DNA of 64,000 bases from a bacterium (GCA_020051955.1 JAGVQB010000045.1:1356-65355); one strand, 5' to 3'; shown: positions 48,274 to 59,195, counted from the first letter of the stretch. Notes: generated by a model from the sequence alone, not told the origin. Numbers and translations: made by a program.

Positions 48274-48305
48274 AAAAGGCGGGAGCAAAGGCTCCTGTCT
48301 TTTTT
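48274..48305 (+). terminator. Intrinsic terminator after typA
   Basis: AAAAGGCGGGAGC-AAAG-GCTCCTGTCTTTTTT. Confidence 0.8.
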
Positions 48306-48330
48306 GTAGGTAGCCTGCGCCTATTTTGGG

Positions 48331-48431
48331 TAACGAATGCGAATCTCGTGCGAATATACTAATAGGACGATGCTATTCGCATATTCGCACGACATTCGTA
48401 TTCGCTCTACTGTAATCTGTAGATCGGTAGC
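48331..48431. repeat. ~100 bp intergenic palindromic element (copy B, inverted relative to copy A)
   Basis: Reverse complement of 15552-15654 with few substitutions. Confidence 0.9.
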
Positions 48432-48433
48432 TT

Positions 48434-49669
48434 TTATGTCCCTACCTCTTGAACCGCAACAGGCTCATCGCTATGAGCCAACGTTCGCATCAACCGTTTG
48501 AGTAACCACAGAACTGGCAACTGAACGACAAACATCATCACAAGTCCATAACGAATCGTTGCGTCTGGGGCGAGGTGGTAAGCGAGGATAAATAAGAGAA
48601 GCCCGACCACGCGGCCAAAGTTGAGACAGTACTCGCGGTCGAGGATGTAAAGAAAACGGTGCTCGCTATCACGTTTCACTTCTCGATCCACCACCTCATA
48701 CAGGACCGTGACAAACGATGACCAGCGTAATGATCCAGTAATGCCCGCGATAATAAAGTACGCGATCGCGGAAGCGGCCGTGAACACGCTTGCGAAAAGC
48801 GCGCCAGCAAGGAGGTTCACAGCGACCCAGATTCCGACCAGCATTAGGTGATGTTTGTGACGCACGCGCTTGCCGATCGCGTAGATCATGATGGCGGAGA
48901 GCACGCCAGTGAGAGCCTTCACGCTACCAACGGCTTCCTCCTGACCAAGAAAAAGGAGTACGACCAAAAGTGGAATCACGACTTCCAGGCCACTGGTTAT
49001 GCTATTGAGCATTTCGATTGCTCGTTGCTGGTTCCACCTAGCGGTCGCGTGTCGAACAAACGGCGTGTTCACGACAAACGGTTCGATTACAAATTTGTGT
49101 GCGAGCACGCCGGTCGCGATGAGGAGGACGAGCCCGATCCCAGCGCAAAGTTGATACGCTTGTGCGACAGAGTAGGAAGGAATCGTGCCACCAAGCGCGA
49201 TGAACCAACCAATAACCAACGGCGAGACGATCCCTGCCACGATTCCAAGCATTGTCTCCACGCTGATAAATCTAAATCGTCGCGCGTCCTGCGTAAACTT
49301 TGATGTGATGCTATTGCGGTTAGCCCAGTAGAAACCTTGTGCGAGTCCAAGAGCGAGTCCAAGTGGGAGAGTGTAATCAGCCGCGGAAGCGCCCATTGAT
49401 ACTAAGAGCACTGGGATGAGTCCTTGCGCAAGACAACCAAAGGCATAGAGCTTGCCACTTTGCCACACTCGTAGCGCGTAGGCATTAACGAGAAATCCAA
49501 GCGAGATCCCCGCGTACATTCCAATGTTGAAAATCCCAAGCGTGATTGGGTCATGGTCCAGTCGCCACAAGAAAGTATTTGTGTAAACAGACACCATTGG
49601 CGAGGCAAGCGCGAAGAGGAAAAAAGATAGGAGTAGGCGACGTTGATTTTGGGAGAGGTCGTTGAGCAT
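48434..49669 (-). CDS. MFS-type membrane transporter
   Basis: ~12 TM segments; GLAQGFYWANRN, REYCLNFGRVVG. Confidence 0.8.
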   Translation of the reverse strand: MLNDLSQNQRRLLLSFFLFALASPMVSVYTNTFLWRLDHDPITLGIFNIGMYAGISLGFLVNAYALRVWQSGKLYAFGCLAQGLIPVLLVSMGASAADYTLPLGLALGLAQGFYWANRNSITSKFTQDARRFRFISVETMLGIVAGIVSPLVIGWFIALGGTIPSYSVAQAYQLCAGIGLVLLIATGVLAHKFVIEPFVVNTPFVRHATARWNQQRAIEMLNSITSGLEVVIPLLVVLLFLGQEEAVGSVKALTGVLSAIMIYAIGKRVRHKHHLMLVGIWVAVNLLAGALFASVFTAASAIAYFIIAGITGSLRWSSFVTVLYEVVDREVKRDSEHRFLYILDREYCLNFGRVVGLLLFILAYHLAPDATIRYGLVMMFVVQLPVLWLLKRLMRTLAHSDEPVAVQEVGT

Positions 49670-49705
49670 ATTGATGGAAAGTATACTGCCGACAAAGTTC
49701 AAAAA

Positions 49706-49866
49706 ACAAATTACAACTGACAAATTACAAGCAATTTACAATGAACAAATTACAAACAAATTACAATTAACAATTTACAATAGGCGGTGCAAACAATTTC
49801 AGTGCCCCCGTTTGTAATTTGTCCAATTGTGATTTGTTAATTTGTTTCTTGCCCATTTGTCATTTG
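49706..49866. repeat. Inverted pair of ACAAATT/ACAATTT tandem arrays
   Basis: Left arm ACAAATTACAA-type units, right arm TTTGTAATTTGT-type units. Confidence 0.85.
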
Positions 49867-49904
49867 CGTTTTTGTGTGGCCACTGTAGGCTTTAGGTAAG
49901 AAAT

Positions 49905-50978
49905 ATGCAGACACACGATCAGCTTCCAACAAAAGAAGACCTCTTCCCATTATTAGAAAAACTGTTTGGTTTTTCATCGATTCAGGATTTGGTTCTAATC
50001 GTCGGTGGGCATTTGAGTAAGAATTTTTTGCTTTTGGTTGGCGGAGAAAAATATTTTCTTAAACAATACCGCTACAAGCTCAACCCCGTTATACATCAGA
50101 TTAAATTCGCGGAGACTTTTTATTCGTCAAAGGGGGTAAGGGTGATAATGCCATTGCGTGATAGGTTTGATCGCCCAGCTTTTTTCTTTAATGGAAATTG
50201 GTTTAGTCTGTTTCCTTTTATTGATAAAAAGGCAATTGAAATTTCACAGCTTACTGACGACGGGCTGATGACGCTTGCGAACCAATTAGGCGTCATGCAC
50301 ACGGCCGGGAAAGATGCTGGAAAGACGACGCAGTCTCTTTTGATGTGGGATAAAAATCGTTTTAACCTCGATGTATGTGAGCTTGAAATGAAACTTGAGA
50401 GTACGGACGTGCAAGAAACAACGAACATGTTGATAGCCAGCGTCCTAGAGCAAAAAAAGAAATTCGTTGAGAAAAATATTTTTGCCCTAGAGGATATCTC
50501 TCTTCCTTTTGACACATTGCTCCACGGAGATCTTAGTTACCAGAACGTATTTTTTTCACCTGATCAGAAACAGATCGATTATGTTTTTGATTTTGAAAAA
50601 ACCGCGCGCGGGCCTCGCGCGTTCGAACTCGCTCGCTCGATATGTATAAATGTATTTGATGATGGGTGGGATGATAAACGACTTGAAAAGGCCACCTTAT
50701 TTTTGCGAGCGTATCAAGAGGTGGCCCCGATTACCTACGAGGAATTTTTAATCGGGCTTCGGGCGTATCTGGTTCTTACTGCTCACCAGCTGTGGATTGA
50801 ATGGAAGATACTTTTTTGTGGTGAAACAAAATATATTCCTCTGTTACGTTCACATAGCATTAGGATCAACCATTTGGGGGATGGCATTGATACACTGGCG
50901 ACATCAATTTATGGGAGGCAAATAGGATCACATGAATTTCCACCCCCGTCACCCCTGCCACCTGTGTCACCCTTGTAA
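49905..50978 (+). CDS. APH/homoserine kinase type II-like phosphotransferase
   Basis: YFLKQY, LLHGDLSYQNVFF, VFDFE. Confidence 0.85.
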   Translation: MQTHDQLPTKEDLFPLLEKLFGFSSIQDLVLIVGGHLSKNFLLLVGGEKYFLKQYRYKLNPVIHQIKFAETFYSSKGVRVIMPLRDRFDRPAFFFNGNWFSLFPFIDKKAIEISQLTDDGLMTLANQLGVMHTAGKDAGKTTQSLLMWDKNRFNLDVCELEMKLESTDVQETTNMLIASVLEQKKKFVEKNIFALEDISLPFDTLLHGDLSYQNVFFSPDQKQIDYVFDFEKTARGPRAFELARSICINVFDDGWDDKRLEKATLFLRAYQEVAPITYEEFLIGLRAYLVLTAHQLWIEWKILFCGETKYIPLLRSHSIRINHLGDGIDTLATSIYGRQIGSHEFPPPSPLPPVSPL

Positions 50979-51000
50979 CCCTTGTAGCTCTTGTCACCTT
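50941..51000. repeat. 9-mer tandem array overlapping the phosphotransferase stop
   Basis: CACCCCCGT CACCCCTGC CACCTGTGT CACCCTTGT AACCCTTGT AGCTCTTGT. Confidence 0.85.
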
Positions 51001-51142
51001 TGTTTTTCCCTCCCTCCTCACCACACACCATTGCCACATACCACCAACGGTTGACAGGCCGTTGGTTTTTTTGTAGGGTTCGCGTGCGAAAGGCAAAACC
51101 ATTGCCAATCATTTGGAGGGGCATACAACCCAGGAGGAAGTC

Positions 51143-51862
51143 ATGGCAACCCCAGCCCGGTTCTACCGAACGCCACACGAGTTCACAATGGCGTTCATGG
51201 CCAATGTCGCAAAGACGTCGGCCACGGCAGTGACAGGGCAACAGAAGGGGCGCCATCGGCACCGTCCTGGGAAGCCCTACGCAGGAGTATCTGGTGATGA
51301 GCTCGCAGGGAAGGTGTTCGCGAACATGCGTTCTGTCGCACGCATGATTGCGACGGTTTCAGACCCAAACCGCCCACACACGGACTGGACAGTTCGGCAG
51401 TTCGTGGCACAGACAGTGCATCTCATACACAGGGGGATCAAGAACGCCAAGCGGATGAAGGCGCTGAGGACTCACCAAACAGCTCGTGGGTACGGTTGCT
51501 CTGCGGAGCGCGTACCAGAGTTGTGGGAGGAGTTCATTCGGGATCTGCAGATGAAGATGAAGCTGGACGAAGATGATCCGCAAGAGCTGTGCGCTTGGGT
51601 CGAATACCAAGTGCGCTTCAAGATCCATCCGTTGGCGGATGGGAGCGGAAGGTTGGCCACGGCGCTCGCGGCTTGGATCATGTTCCGGGCAGGGCGTGCG
51701 ATTCCCAACTACAGCTTCCTGCAGAGAAGCGAAATGCATGCCAAGCTCCGCGAGGGCGAAGTTGCGTTTCGTGAGTACTATCTGCGGGTGTGCTTTAGTG
51801 AGGGGGGTCCAAAGGAGCTGACCCCAACGGGAACAAACCCTCCTGACGAAGCAGCCGCCTGA
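51143..51862 (+). CDS. Fic/Doc-domain protein
   Basis: IHPLADGSGRLAT motif; AGGAGG RBS; promoter TTGACA-N17-TAGGGT at 51051. Confidence 0.85.
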   Translation: MATPARFYRTPHEFTMAFMANVAKTSATAVTGQQKGRHRHRPGKPYAGVSGDELAGKVFANMRSVARMIATVSDPNRPHTDWTVRQFVAQTVHLIHRGIKNAKRMKALRTHQTARGYGCSAERVPELWEEFIRDLQMKMKLDEDDPQELCAWVEYQVRFKIHPLADGSGRLATALAAWIMFRAGRAIPNYSFLQRSEMHAKLREGEVAFREYYLRVCFSEGGPKELTPTGTNPPDEAAA

Positions 51863-51948
51863 GGGCGAGCTGCTGGTACGACGCCGGACTGACTTACGAG
51901 CCAGTCCGTTTTCTTTTTCCGATTTTTTTTGTAGGATGTCTGTCACAT

Positions 51949-53019
51949 ATGCGTGTCCTTGGAATCGAAACAAGTTGTGATGAAACAGCGGCGGCGATTG
52001 TGTCTGAGTATGACGGTAGTTTTGTGATTGAAAAAAGCGTGCTGGCATCGCAGGCGAAGATTCACGCGCAATACGGCGGAGTAGTGCCAGAGGTTGCCGC
52101 GCGTGAGCATGCCGCGTTTTTGTTTCCGCTGTTGGAAGAGCTTGGTGTGCCGCGAGACGGCGCGGGGATTGACGCGCTCGCCGTGACTTATGGTCCTGGG
52201 CTTGTGCCTGCGTTGCGGGTGGGGGTGGAGGCGGCCAAGGCACTCGCGTGGTGCTGGGGCAAACCGTTGGTGGCAGTGAATCATTTGGAGGGGCACATAT
52301 ATAGCGTGTGGTTGGATGGGGAAGGAAAGATCCAAAATCCAGGAACCAAAATCCAAACAACGCAAAGTAACTCAGTTGAGTTTCCAGCAGTATGCCTGCT
52401 TGTGTCAGGTGGGCATACCGAGCTTGTTCTCATGCGAGATCATGGTGAGTACGAGTTGCTGGGAATGACGCGAGATGACGCGGCTGGGGAGGCGTTTGAT
52501 AAAGTCGCAAAGTTGTTGGGACTGCCGTACCCAGGTGGTCCAGAGATTTCGAAAGTGGCGCTTAATGGGAACCCACGCGCGGTTAATTTTCCAAGGCCGA
52601 TGATTGAGTCCGGGGATTTGGATTTTAGTTTTGCTGGATTGAAGACGGCGGTGAGGGTTTTTGTCGAAGGTGGGGAGGTGGGGAGGTGGGGAGGTGATTT
52701 AGATATTGCGGATATTGCCGCGAGTTTTCAGCAGGCTGTGGTTGACGTGCTTGTCTCAAAGACCTTACAGGCGGTCAAGAAAGTCGTGCCGCGCAGTGTG
52801 ATTTTGTCGGGCGGTGTGTCTGCGAACAAGTTACTTAAAGAAATACTTGAGAGCGAATTGCGTCGCGTTGCCCCAGAGATTCCATTTTATGTCCCAGAGC
52901 TTTCTCTTACTGGCGACAACGCCGCTATGATCGCGGCCGCGGGTATCATGCGCGCCAAGCGCGGGGCGTTTGCTGACCCTCTCACACTGGTCGCGGATCC
53001 GAACGCGAAATTAAACTAG
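51949..53019 (+). CDS. tsaD: tRNA N6-adenosine threonylcarbamoyltransferase
   Basis: LGIETSCDET, VNHLEGH, LVSGGHT, DDAAGEAFDK, DNAAMIA. Confidence 0.98.
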   Translation: MRVLGIETSCDETAAAIVSEYDGSFVIEKSVLASQAKIHAQYGGVVPEVAAREHAAFLFPLLEELGVPRDGAGIDALAVTYGPGLVPALRVGVEAAKALAWCWGKPLVAVNHLEGHIYSVWLDGEGKIQNPGTKIQTTQSNSVEFPAVCLLVSGGHTELVLMRDHGEYELLGMTRDDAAGEAFDKVAKLLGLPYPGGPEISKVALNGNPRAVNFPRPMIESGDLDFSFAGLKTAVRVFVEGGEVGRWGGDLDIADIAASFQQAVVDVLVSKTLQAVKKVVPRSVILSGGVSANKLLKEILESELRRVAPEIPFYVPELSLTGDNAAMIAAAGIMRAKRGAFADPLTLVADPNAKLN

Positions 53020-53043
53020 ATCCATAGGACCTATTCGACCTAT

Positions 53044-53493
53044 ATGACCCATGTAATCCGCACTGAACAAGAAACTAAAAAACTCGCCGGAGAGTTTGCG
53101 CAAAAGTTGCGCGGCGGCGAAGTTGTTTTTTTGAATGGAGATTTGGGGAGTGGAAAGACGACGTTTGTGCGTGGCGTCGCGCAGTCGCTGGGTTTCCACG
53201 AGCCTGTTCGTAGCCCGTCTTTCACGCTTGTTAACCGTTACAAGGTTTCAAGTGGGGGAATCAACGAGATTGTTCACGTTGATCTTTACCGTTTGAAGAC
53301 ACCGGATGAACTTCGCGCGCTTGCGCTTGATGAAGAGATTGGAAGAAATGATGCCATTGTTTTTGTTGAGTGGCCACAAAACGCTCAAGGGCTTTTGGGT
53401 GAGTCAACTTATTCAATCGACTTTGTTATCAATGGGGATTCACGGGCGATCACTATTCGCCAACAGTCCTTAACACCTCATCAACCGATGTAA
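53044..53493 (+). CDS. tsaE: t6A biosynthesis ATPase TsaE
   Basis: GDLGSGKTTF, SPSFTL, HVDLYRL, VEWP. Confidence 0.96.
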   Translation: MTHVIRTEQETKKLAGEFAQKLRGGEVVFLNGDLGSGKTTFVRGVAQSLGFHEPVRSPSFTLVNRYKVSSGGINEIVHVDLYRLKTPDELRALALDEEIGRNDAIVFVEWPQNAQGLLGESTYSIDFVINGDSRAITIRQQSLTPHQPM

Positions 53494-55189
53494 GCCCGTC
53501 GAGAACTTTTAACACGCCGTCTTGTTGGATTGTAACCATACCTTGCTGTTTTGCGAGATCACGAACTTGATACTCTGACAGCGATTCAGAAAGCGCGGCC
53601 TTGATCTCTTCGCTCATAATTAAGATCTCGTACATTCCAAGTCGCCCTTTGTATCCAGTGCCATTGCAAGCTCCACATCCTTTTCCTTTGTAAAATTTCC
53701 ATTCTGATTCTGGCGCTACCGTTTCTCCTGAAGCAGGGGAGAGATCAGATATTGATTTTTTGACGAATGCCATTTCATCATCGTTCAGTTGGACTTCTGC
53801 TTTGCATTTTTGGCACACTCGTCGCGCGAGGCGCTGTCCGATGATCGCGTTTAACGATGGCGCTAGCAAGAACGGCTTGACTCCCATTGAAATAAAACGT
53901 GGAAGCGCGCCTGCCGCGTCGTTTGTGTGAAGCGTTGAAAGCATTAGGTGACCAGTGAGCGCGGCGTTGATAGATACGTCTGCTGTTTCAAGGTCGCGGA
54001 TTTCTCCCACCATCACGATGTCAGGATCTTGGCGCAAAATCGAGCGTAAACCGCTCGCGAAAGTGTAATCGCGAGAGTGATCAATTTGTGACTGGTTGAT
54101 TCCCTCGAGCTTGTATTCGATCGGGTCTTCAAGCGTGATGATTTTTACATCTGACGTGTTGAGCTTGCGCAATATCGCGTAGAGCGTGGTAGTTTTTCCT
54201 GAACCGGTAGGACCAGTGGTGACGATCATTCCGTGCGGCTTTTGAATTTCTTTGAGAAGCTTTTTCTCCGCGAGTGGTCGGCATCCAAGCTGCCCAAACT
54301 CAACATTGATGGAGCCCGGTTTCAATACACGCATCACGACTGACTCGCCCCATGTTGTGGGGATCGCGGAAACACGCACATCCGTATCGCCAGATTTGAG
54401 GAATATTGTGAAGCGACCGTCCTGTGGCTTATTTATGACATTGATTTTGAGCCCGCTGATAAGCTTGATGCGCGCCACGATTTTTTTCCAGAAGTCGTGT
54501 GGGAGCGTGGCAACGTCTTGTAGGACACCGTCGATTCGGAAGCGCAACGCGATCTTCTTCTCCTCTGCTTCAACGTGTACGTCGCTTGTGTCAAACTGGA
54601 GCGCCGCCGCCATGACGATTGTGATGATGTCAGTGACCGAAGCGTTGTCAACAACTTTTTGAATGTCCGTAAACGTCTTTAATTTGCTCTGAAATTTTTC
54701 GAGCTCTGCGTCCGTGACCTGTACTCCTTTTACGATCTCCTTGATTTGCGGCAGAGTATCGTAGGCTTTAATGGCGACACGTAAACTTTCTTCCGATATT
54801 TTGTAGACACCTCCATTAGCTTTGTAACGTTCTTGTAATTCAAACAAAAGATTCTTCACGCCCTCCTGGTCAGGATCGATGGAAGCGAGGCGGATCTCTT
54901 GACCGGAATAAAGAAAGCAAACGGTTTTGAGAGCCTGCGCGCGCGCAAGCGGCACAGTGCGTAAAGCCTCTGGCGAGATTGGGAACCCTTTGAGATTTAC
55001 GTAGGGGACACCCAATTGTGCTGCTTCCGATTGCGCTTCCTGTTCCTTTTCTTTCAAACGCACATCCGCCATTTTTTCCTCAAACTTTTCCACGGTGGTG
55101 CGCTCGCCGCCGTCTGACGTCGCGGTTGCTGTCGCGCCAGCGCCAGTGTACTTGAGAAGGTCTTCGATGCTTTGGATATCGTTGGACAT
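53453..55189 (-). CDS. pilB: Type IV pilus assembly ATPase (PilB/GspE family)
   Basis: PQDGR, TGPTGSGKTTTLY, LEDPIEY, LRQDPD, GEIRD, STLHTND, tetracysteine motif. Confidence 0.92.
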   Translation of the reverse strand: MSNDIQSIEDLLKYTGAGATATATSDGGERTTVEKFEEKMADVRLKEKEQEAQSEAAQLGVPYVNLKGFPISPEALRTVPLARAQALKTVCFLYSGQEIRLASIDPDQEGVKNLLFELQERYKANGGVYKISEESLRVAIKAYDTLPQIKEIVKGVQVTDAELEKFQSKLKTFTDIQKVVDNASVTDIITIVMAAALQFDTSDVHVEAEEKKIALRFRIDGVLQDVATLPHDFWKKIVARIKLISGLKINVINKPQDGRFTIFLKSGDTDVRVSAIPTTWGESVVMRVLKPGSINVEFGQLGCRPLAEKKLLKEIQKPHGMIVTTGPTGSGKTTTLYAILRKLNTSDVKIITLEDPIEYKLEGINQSQIDHSRDYTFASGLRSILRQDPDIVMVGEIRDLETADVSINAALTGHLMLSTLHTNDAAGALPRFISMGVKPFLLAPSLNAIIGQRLARRVCQKCKAEVQLNDDEMAFVKKSISDLSPASGETVAPESEWKFYKGKGCGACNGTGYKGRLGMYEILIMSEEIKAALSESLSEYQVRDLAKQQGMVTIQQDGVLKVLDGLTSVDEVLRTVGE

Positions 55190-55242
55190 AAAAACTAGGA
55201 GTTCAGCCCCTAGTTTACCGCGACGACGATTCTTTCGCCAGT

Positions 55243-56226
55243 TTATTTATGCACGAGTCGAAACAATTTTGAGAAAACCTTTTTTCCATGGATCCGATGC
55301 GTACCATGTTTGTAAAATTCGTACCAAGCGCTGTATTGAAAAGTGGTGGTTGCGCCAATGAACGCGAGCATGAGGGCAATAAGGAACAAGCCGAAGAGCA
55401 GATTGGCCGCAAAGAAGAGGGAAGGTATCCCAGTGAGCAAGGTTGTAGTGAAAATGATCGCGTATGGGACAGACATCAAAGTGAGAATCAACAAGCACGC
55501 GAAGAGAGCACAGATGACAAGAGCAAAAAGAATTAATCCATATTCGAGCGTGGCGATCCAGTGTCGCGCGAATAGTCGCGTGCCCCGAGTGAACGCGTCG
55601 TGAACGCACAACCCGCGGTCAACGATTCCAAGAAGTGTGAACTGATAGACGATTTGGATCACGACTAGTGTTGGGATGAGCACTAACGCGAGCAGAAAAA
55701 ATAAGAGTGCGCTGTTGGAAGAAGTGACGACGTAGAAAGAGAATAGTGGAAGCGCCAGGAGGAACACTACTAGCGCGCTGGTGAGTTTGTTGAGGGTTGC
55801 GATTAGGAGAAGCTGAAAGAAATGTTTAGCCGCTTCTAGTTTGAGCGAGTAAAGTTTTTGCGGTTTGCTCGATTTAAGTCCCAAGATAAGTCCGCCCTGC
55901 GCGATGGTGGCGGCAACTACCAACAGCACGCAAACGAGAGTCGCGACAGTTACTGAAAGCGTGACGCGACCAGATCCAAGAATCGCCATTTTGTGGATAT
56001 AGGTGCCAACAAGCTCGTACCAGATGAACGAACTGTGCGTGAGCCCTTCGAGGAACGAGCCAGTGGTTTCGATTTTTTTCAGTGACGCGGCAACAATGTC
56101 CGCCACTCCGCCTGTTGATATGAGTGCGGCGAAGATACCAAAAACCCACAGGTTCTTTCGTTGCCACGTGAGAGCAAATGCCTCACGCAAAAACACACGA
56201 TATAGAGCTGTGGGTTTTGTAAACAT
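55243..56226 (-). CDS. Multi-pass membrane protein
   Basis: Several hydrophobic segments; KNLWVFGIFAAL N-terminus. Confidence 0.8.
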   Translation of the reverse strand: MFTKPTALYRVFLREAFALTWQRKNLWVFGIFAALISTGGVADIVAASLKKIETTGSFLEGLTHSSFIWYELVGTYIHKMAILGSGRVTLSVTVATLVCVLLVVAATIAQGGLILGLKSSKPQKLYSLKLEAAKHFFQLLLIATLNKLTSALVVFLLALPLFSFYVVTSSNSALLFFLLALVLIPTLVVIQIVYQFTLLGIVDRGLCVHDAFTRGTRLFARHWIATLEYGLILFALVICALFACLLILTLMSVPYAIIFTTTLLTGIPSLFFAANLLFGLFLIALMLAFIGATTTFQYSAWYEFYKHGTHRIHGKKVFSKLFRLVHK

Positions 56227-56244
56227 ATCCTCCTAATGTTTTTT

Positions 56245-58053
56245 TCAGACGAACAGTGCTTCGAACGCTTCCTTCTCCAGCGTTTCTTTTTCCAGAAGCG
56301 CGTTCGCGATTTTATCGAGCTGTGCTTTTTCTTTTTTCAGTATAGCACGCGCGGTTTCAATGGCGCCATCCACGAGCAGTTTCACTTCTTGATCTATCGC
56401 CTCCGCGGTTTTCTCCGAGTAGTTGCGTTGGTCGTGAATTTCTTTTCCCAAGAATACCAGTTCCTGCGACTCTCCGAACACTCGCGGTCCCAGCCCTTCG
56501 CTCATCCCATAGCGTGTGACGAGTTCACGAGCAAGGCGCGTGCACTTGCGCAGATCATCGGAAGCCCCAGTTGTCACATCGCCGAAAGTTTCTTTCTCGC
56601 AAATGAACCCACCAAGCAGAACCGCCATGTCGTCCAAAAATTCCGCGCGTCTGTGCAATCGGCGATCTTCCATTGGCAACTTGAGCGTGTAGCCAGCGGC
56701 TGAGCCGCGCGAAATGATCGAAACTTTATGGACAGGATCTGCGTTTGGGAGACTGTGCGCGACAAGCGCGTGGCCAGCTTCGTGATAGGCAGTGATTTTT
56801 TTCTCCTCTTTGTTCATTAGGAAACTTTTTCGCTCTGGTCCCAACAAAACTTTCTCGATCGAATCAAGCGTGTCTTCCTGGCTGACGGTCGTATCGTTGC
56901 GCCTGGCCGCGCGGATCGCCGCTTCATTCAACAGGTTCATAAGATCAGCGCCAGAAAATCCAGGGGTGCGCTCCGCGACTCGACGCAAGTTTACGTCAGG
57001 CGCGAGTGGTTTATTTTTGGCATGGATTTGGAGGATGGCTTCGCGGTCATTGATGTCTGGTAGATCCAAAATAACACGTCTGTCAAAACGTCCTGGGCGC
57101 AACAGCGCTGGGTCCAACACGTCTGGTCGGTTTGTCGCCGCCATCACGATCACTCCAATGTTTGGATCAAACCCATCCATCTCCACGAGGATTTGGTTTA
57201 GGGTCTGCTCGCGCTCGTCGTGGCTTCCTCCAAGTCCCGCGCCACGATGACGTCCCACTGCGTCAATCTCATCGATGAAGACAATGCACGGCGCGGCTTT
57301 CTTCGCGCGTCCAAACAAGTCGCGCACGCGCGAGGCGCCAACGCCCACGAACATTTCTACAAACTCCGAGCCGCTCAAATGAAAGAATGGAACGCCAGCC
57401 TCTCCAGCGACAGCTCGCGCAAGCAACGTCTTACCAGTTCCAGGGGCACCCATGAGTAGCACGCCCTTTGGAAGTTTCGCGCCGAGGTCAGCGAATTTTT
57501 TTGGGCTCTTCAAAAATTCTACGACCTCTTGCAGTTCATCCTTTGCTTCCTTCGCGCCTGCCACATCCAGGAATGTAACTTTTTGTTTGATGTCTTTCAT
57601 CTCGCGCGCGCCTGACATTCCAAACGATAACGCTCGATTGTTAGCGCCCTGCATTTGTCGGATCATGAACCAAAAAACAATGATGAGCAGAATGAGCGGA
57701 AGCAACGAGGGTAGTATGACACCCATGATGTATGAACGCGTTGTGCGATCGCTAACAGAGATGTTGGCGGTTTTCAATTGCTCGGGAGTCACGCCGTAGT
57801 CGACAAGCACCTCGGAAAGAGAGTTTGAAGATTCCTTGCGGGTCACTTGTTGCGCCCCGTCCTTCAGGGTGACTTTTACGTCAGTTCCTTCAATGGTCAA
57901 ACTCTCCACGACGCCGTTTTGTATCTCTTCCACAACTGTTGCCATGCTGACATCCACGGGCTTATCACCACTCAATGAGTAGCTTGAAAAAATGGCAGAG
58001 AGAATTACGAGCGTGACGAGCGCTATGATAATGTTTTTTGAGAGAGGCTTCAT
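56245..58053 (-). CDS. ftsH: ATP-dependent zinc metalloprotease FtsH
   Basis: Two TM segments, [26 protein letters not shown]. Confidence 0.98.
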   Translation of the reverse strand: MKPLSKNIIIALVTLVILSAIFSSYSLSGDKPVDVSMATVVEEIQNGVVESLTIEGTDVKVTLKDGAQQVTRKESSNSLSEVLVDYGVTPEQLKTANISVSDRTTRSYIMGVILPSLLPLILLIIVFWFMIRQMQGANNRALSFGMSGAREMKDIKQKVTFLDVAGAKEAKDELQEVVEFLKSPKKFADLGAKLPKGVLLMGAPGTGKTLLARAVAGEAGVPFFHLSGSEFVEMFVGVGASRVRDLFGRAKKAAPCIVFIDEIDAVGRHRGAGLGGSHDEREQTLNQILVEMDGFDPNIGVIVMAATNRPDVLDPALLRPGRFDRRVILDLPDINDREAILQIHAKNKPLAPDVNLRRVAERTPGFSGADLMNLLNEAAIRAARRNDTTVSQEDTLDSIEKVLLGPERKSFLMNKEEKKITAYHEAGHALVAHSLPNADPVHKVSIISRGSAAGYTLKLPMEDRRLHRRAEFLDDMAVLLGGFICEKETFGDVTTGASDDLRKCTRLARELVTRYGMSEGLGPRVFGESQELVFLGKEIHDQRNYSEKTAEAIDQEVKLLVDGAIETARAILKKEKAQLDKIANALLEKETLEKEAFEALFV

Positions 58054-58055
58054 AG

Positions 58056-59195
58056 TTACTCGATTATAGGAGCGTCAGGCGCGTCTTGTGTTGGCACCTC
58101 GAGAGGTTGATTGATAGCTTTTATGGAGAGACCAAGACGGTGTTCGTTTGGTTCGATTGAAACGATTCTAAAATCGAGTGTTTCGCCTTCTTTACCAATC
58201 TGCTCCACGTCGGTTACGGGCTTGTCAGAGAGTTCCGACACGTGAGCCAGACCGTGGATTTCAGGATCAAGCTCCACGAAGAATCCAAACGGGTTCACTT
58301 TGAGAACCTTTCCCTTCACAATATCTCCGACCTTGTAGCGTTCGCTAACCGATTCCCACGGGTCGTGTACAAGTTTTTTCATTGAGAGAAAAATTTTACT
58401 TCCTTCCAGACCGATGATTTGTGCCTGTACTGTTTGTCCTATCTTGAGGATGTCGCGTGGGTGGTCGATTCTTTGCCAGGCGATTTCGGAGATGTGCACT
58501 AACCCTTCAAGCGCGTCGAACTTTACAAAAGCTCCGAAGTCAGCAAGCGCGGTGATTTCTCCCTCAATCTTGTCGCCAACTTTATATTGCGAGATGACAT
58601 TTTTTTGCGTGTCTTCCCACACGGCCTTTTCTGAAACGATCAGCTTTTCGTCAGCCTCGTTAACATCAATCACGCGCACGCTCATTTTCATGTCCACGTA
58701 GCTTTTGAGTTTTTCGAAAATCTTATTTTTATCGCCACCACTTACGCGTGGGTAGTGATCGGGCGAGAGCTGGGAGACTGGAATGAATCCAGTGATGTTG
58801 TTGAGGCGCACGATAAGACCGCCCTTGTTGGCCTCTACGATTTTGGTTTCAACTGTTTCTCCAGTTGTAAAAAGACGACGGACGTCATCCCACGCTTTTT
58901 GCTGGCCCGCGAAACGGAACGAGAGCTCAATCTCACCATTTTCGTTTTCTAATCCAATAACCGTTGCTTCCACCTGCTCGCCTTCTTTGATGCCGGTGTA
59001 CTGTGAGGATTCAGCAAAGAGTTCCTTGCCGCGCACTACACCTGTGGCGATGCCGCTTAGGTCCAAACGGATCTCGCGACGCCCGGTGTTGATGACAGTG
59101 CCGGTGACAACGTCACCGACGGCTGGGAATTTAAGATAGAGACCGTCTGTAAGGAGCGTTTCAAGCTGGGAGCTTGAGACAGGCTGTTGAGCCAT
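58056..59195 (-). CDS. rpsA: 30S ribosomal protein S1 (four S1 domains)
   Basis: Repeated S1 motifs [29 protein letters not shown]. Confidence 0.88.
   Translation of the reverse strand: MAQQPVSSSQLETLLTDGLYLKFPAVGDVVTGTVINTGRREIRLDLSGIATGVVRGKELFAESSQYTGIKEGEQVEATVIGLENENGEIELSFRFAGQQKAWDDVRRLFTTGETVETKIVEANKGGLIVRLNNITGFIPVSQLSPDHYPRVSGGDKNKIFEKLKSYVDMKMSVRVIDVNEADEKLIVSEKAVWEDTQKNVISQYKVGDKIEGEITALADFGAFVKFDALEGLVHISEIAWQRIDHPRDILKIGQTVQAQIIGLEGSKIFLSMKKLVHDPWESVSERYKVGDIVKGKVLKVNPFGFFVELDPEIHGLAHVSELSDKPVTDVEQIGKEGETLDFRIVSIEPNEHRLGLSIKAINQPLEVPTQDAPDAPIIE

Noticed and set aside
51359-52360. 333 aa antisense ORF and similar shadow ORFs
   Set aside because: Antisense to well-supported genes (fic, tsaD) with no protein motifs
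53453-53493. 41 nt convergent overlap of tsaE and pilB
   Set aside because: Ordinary stop-codon drift in a compact genome
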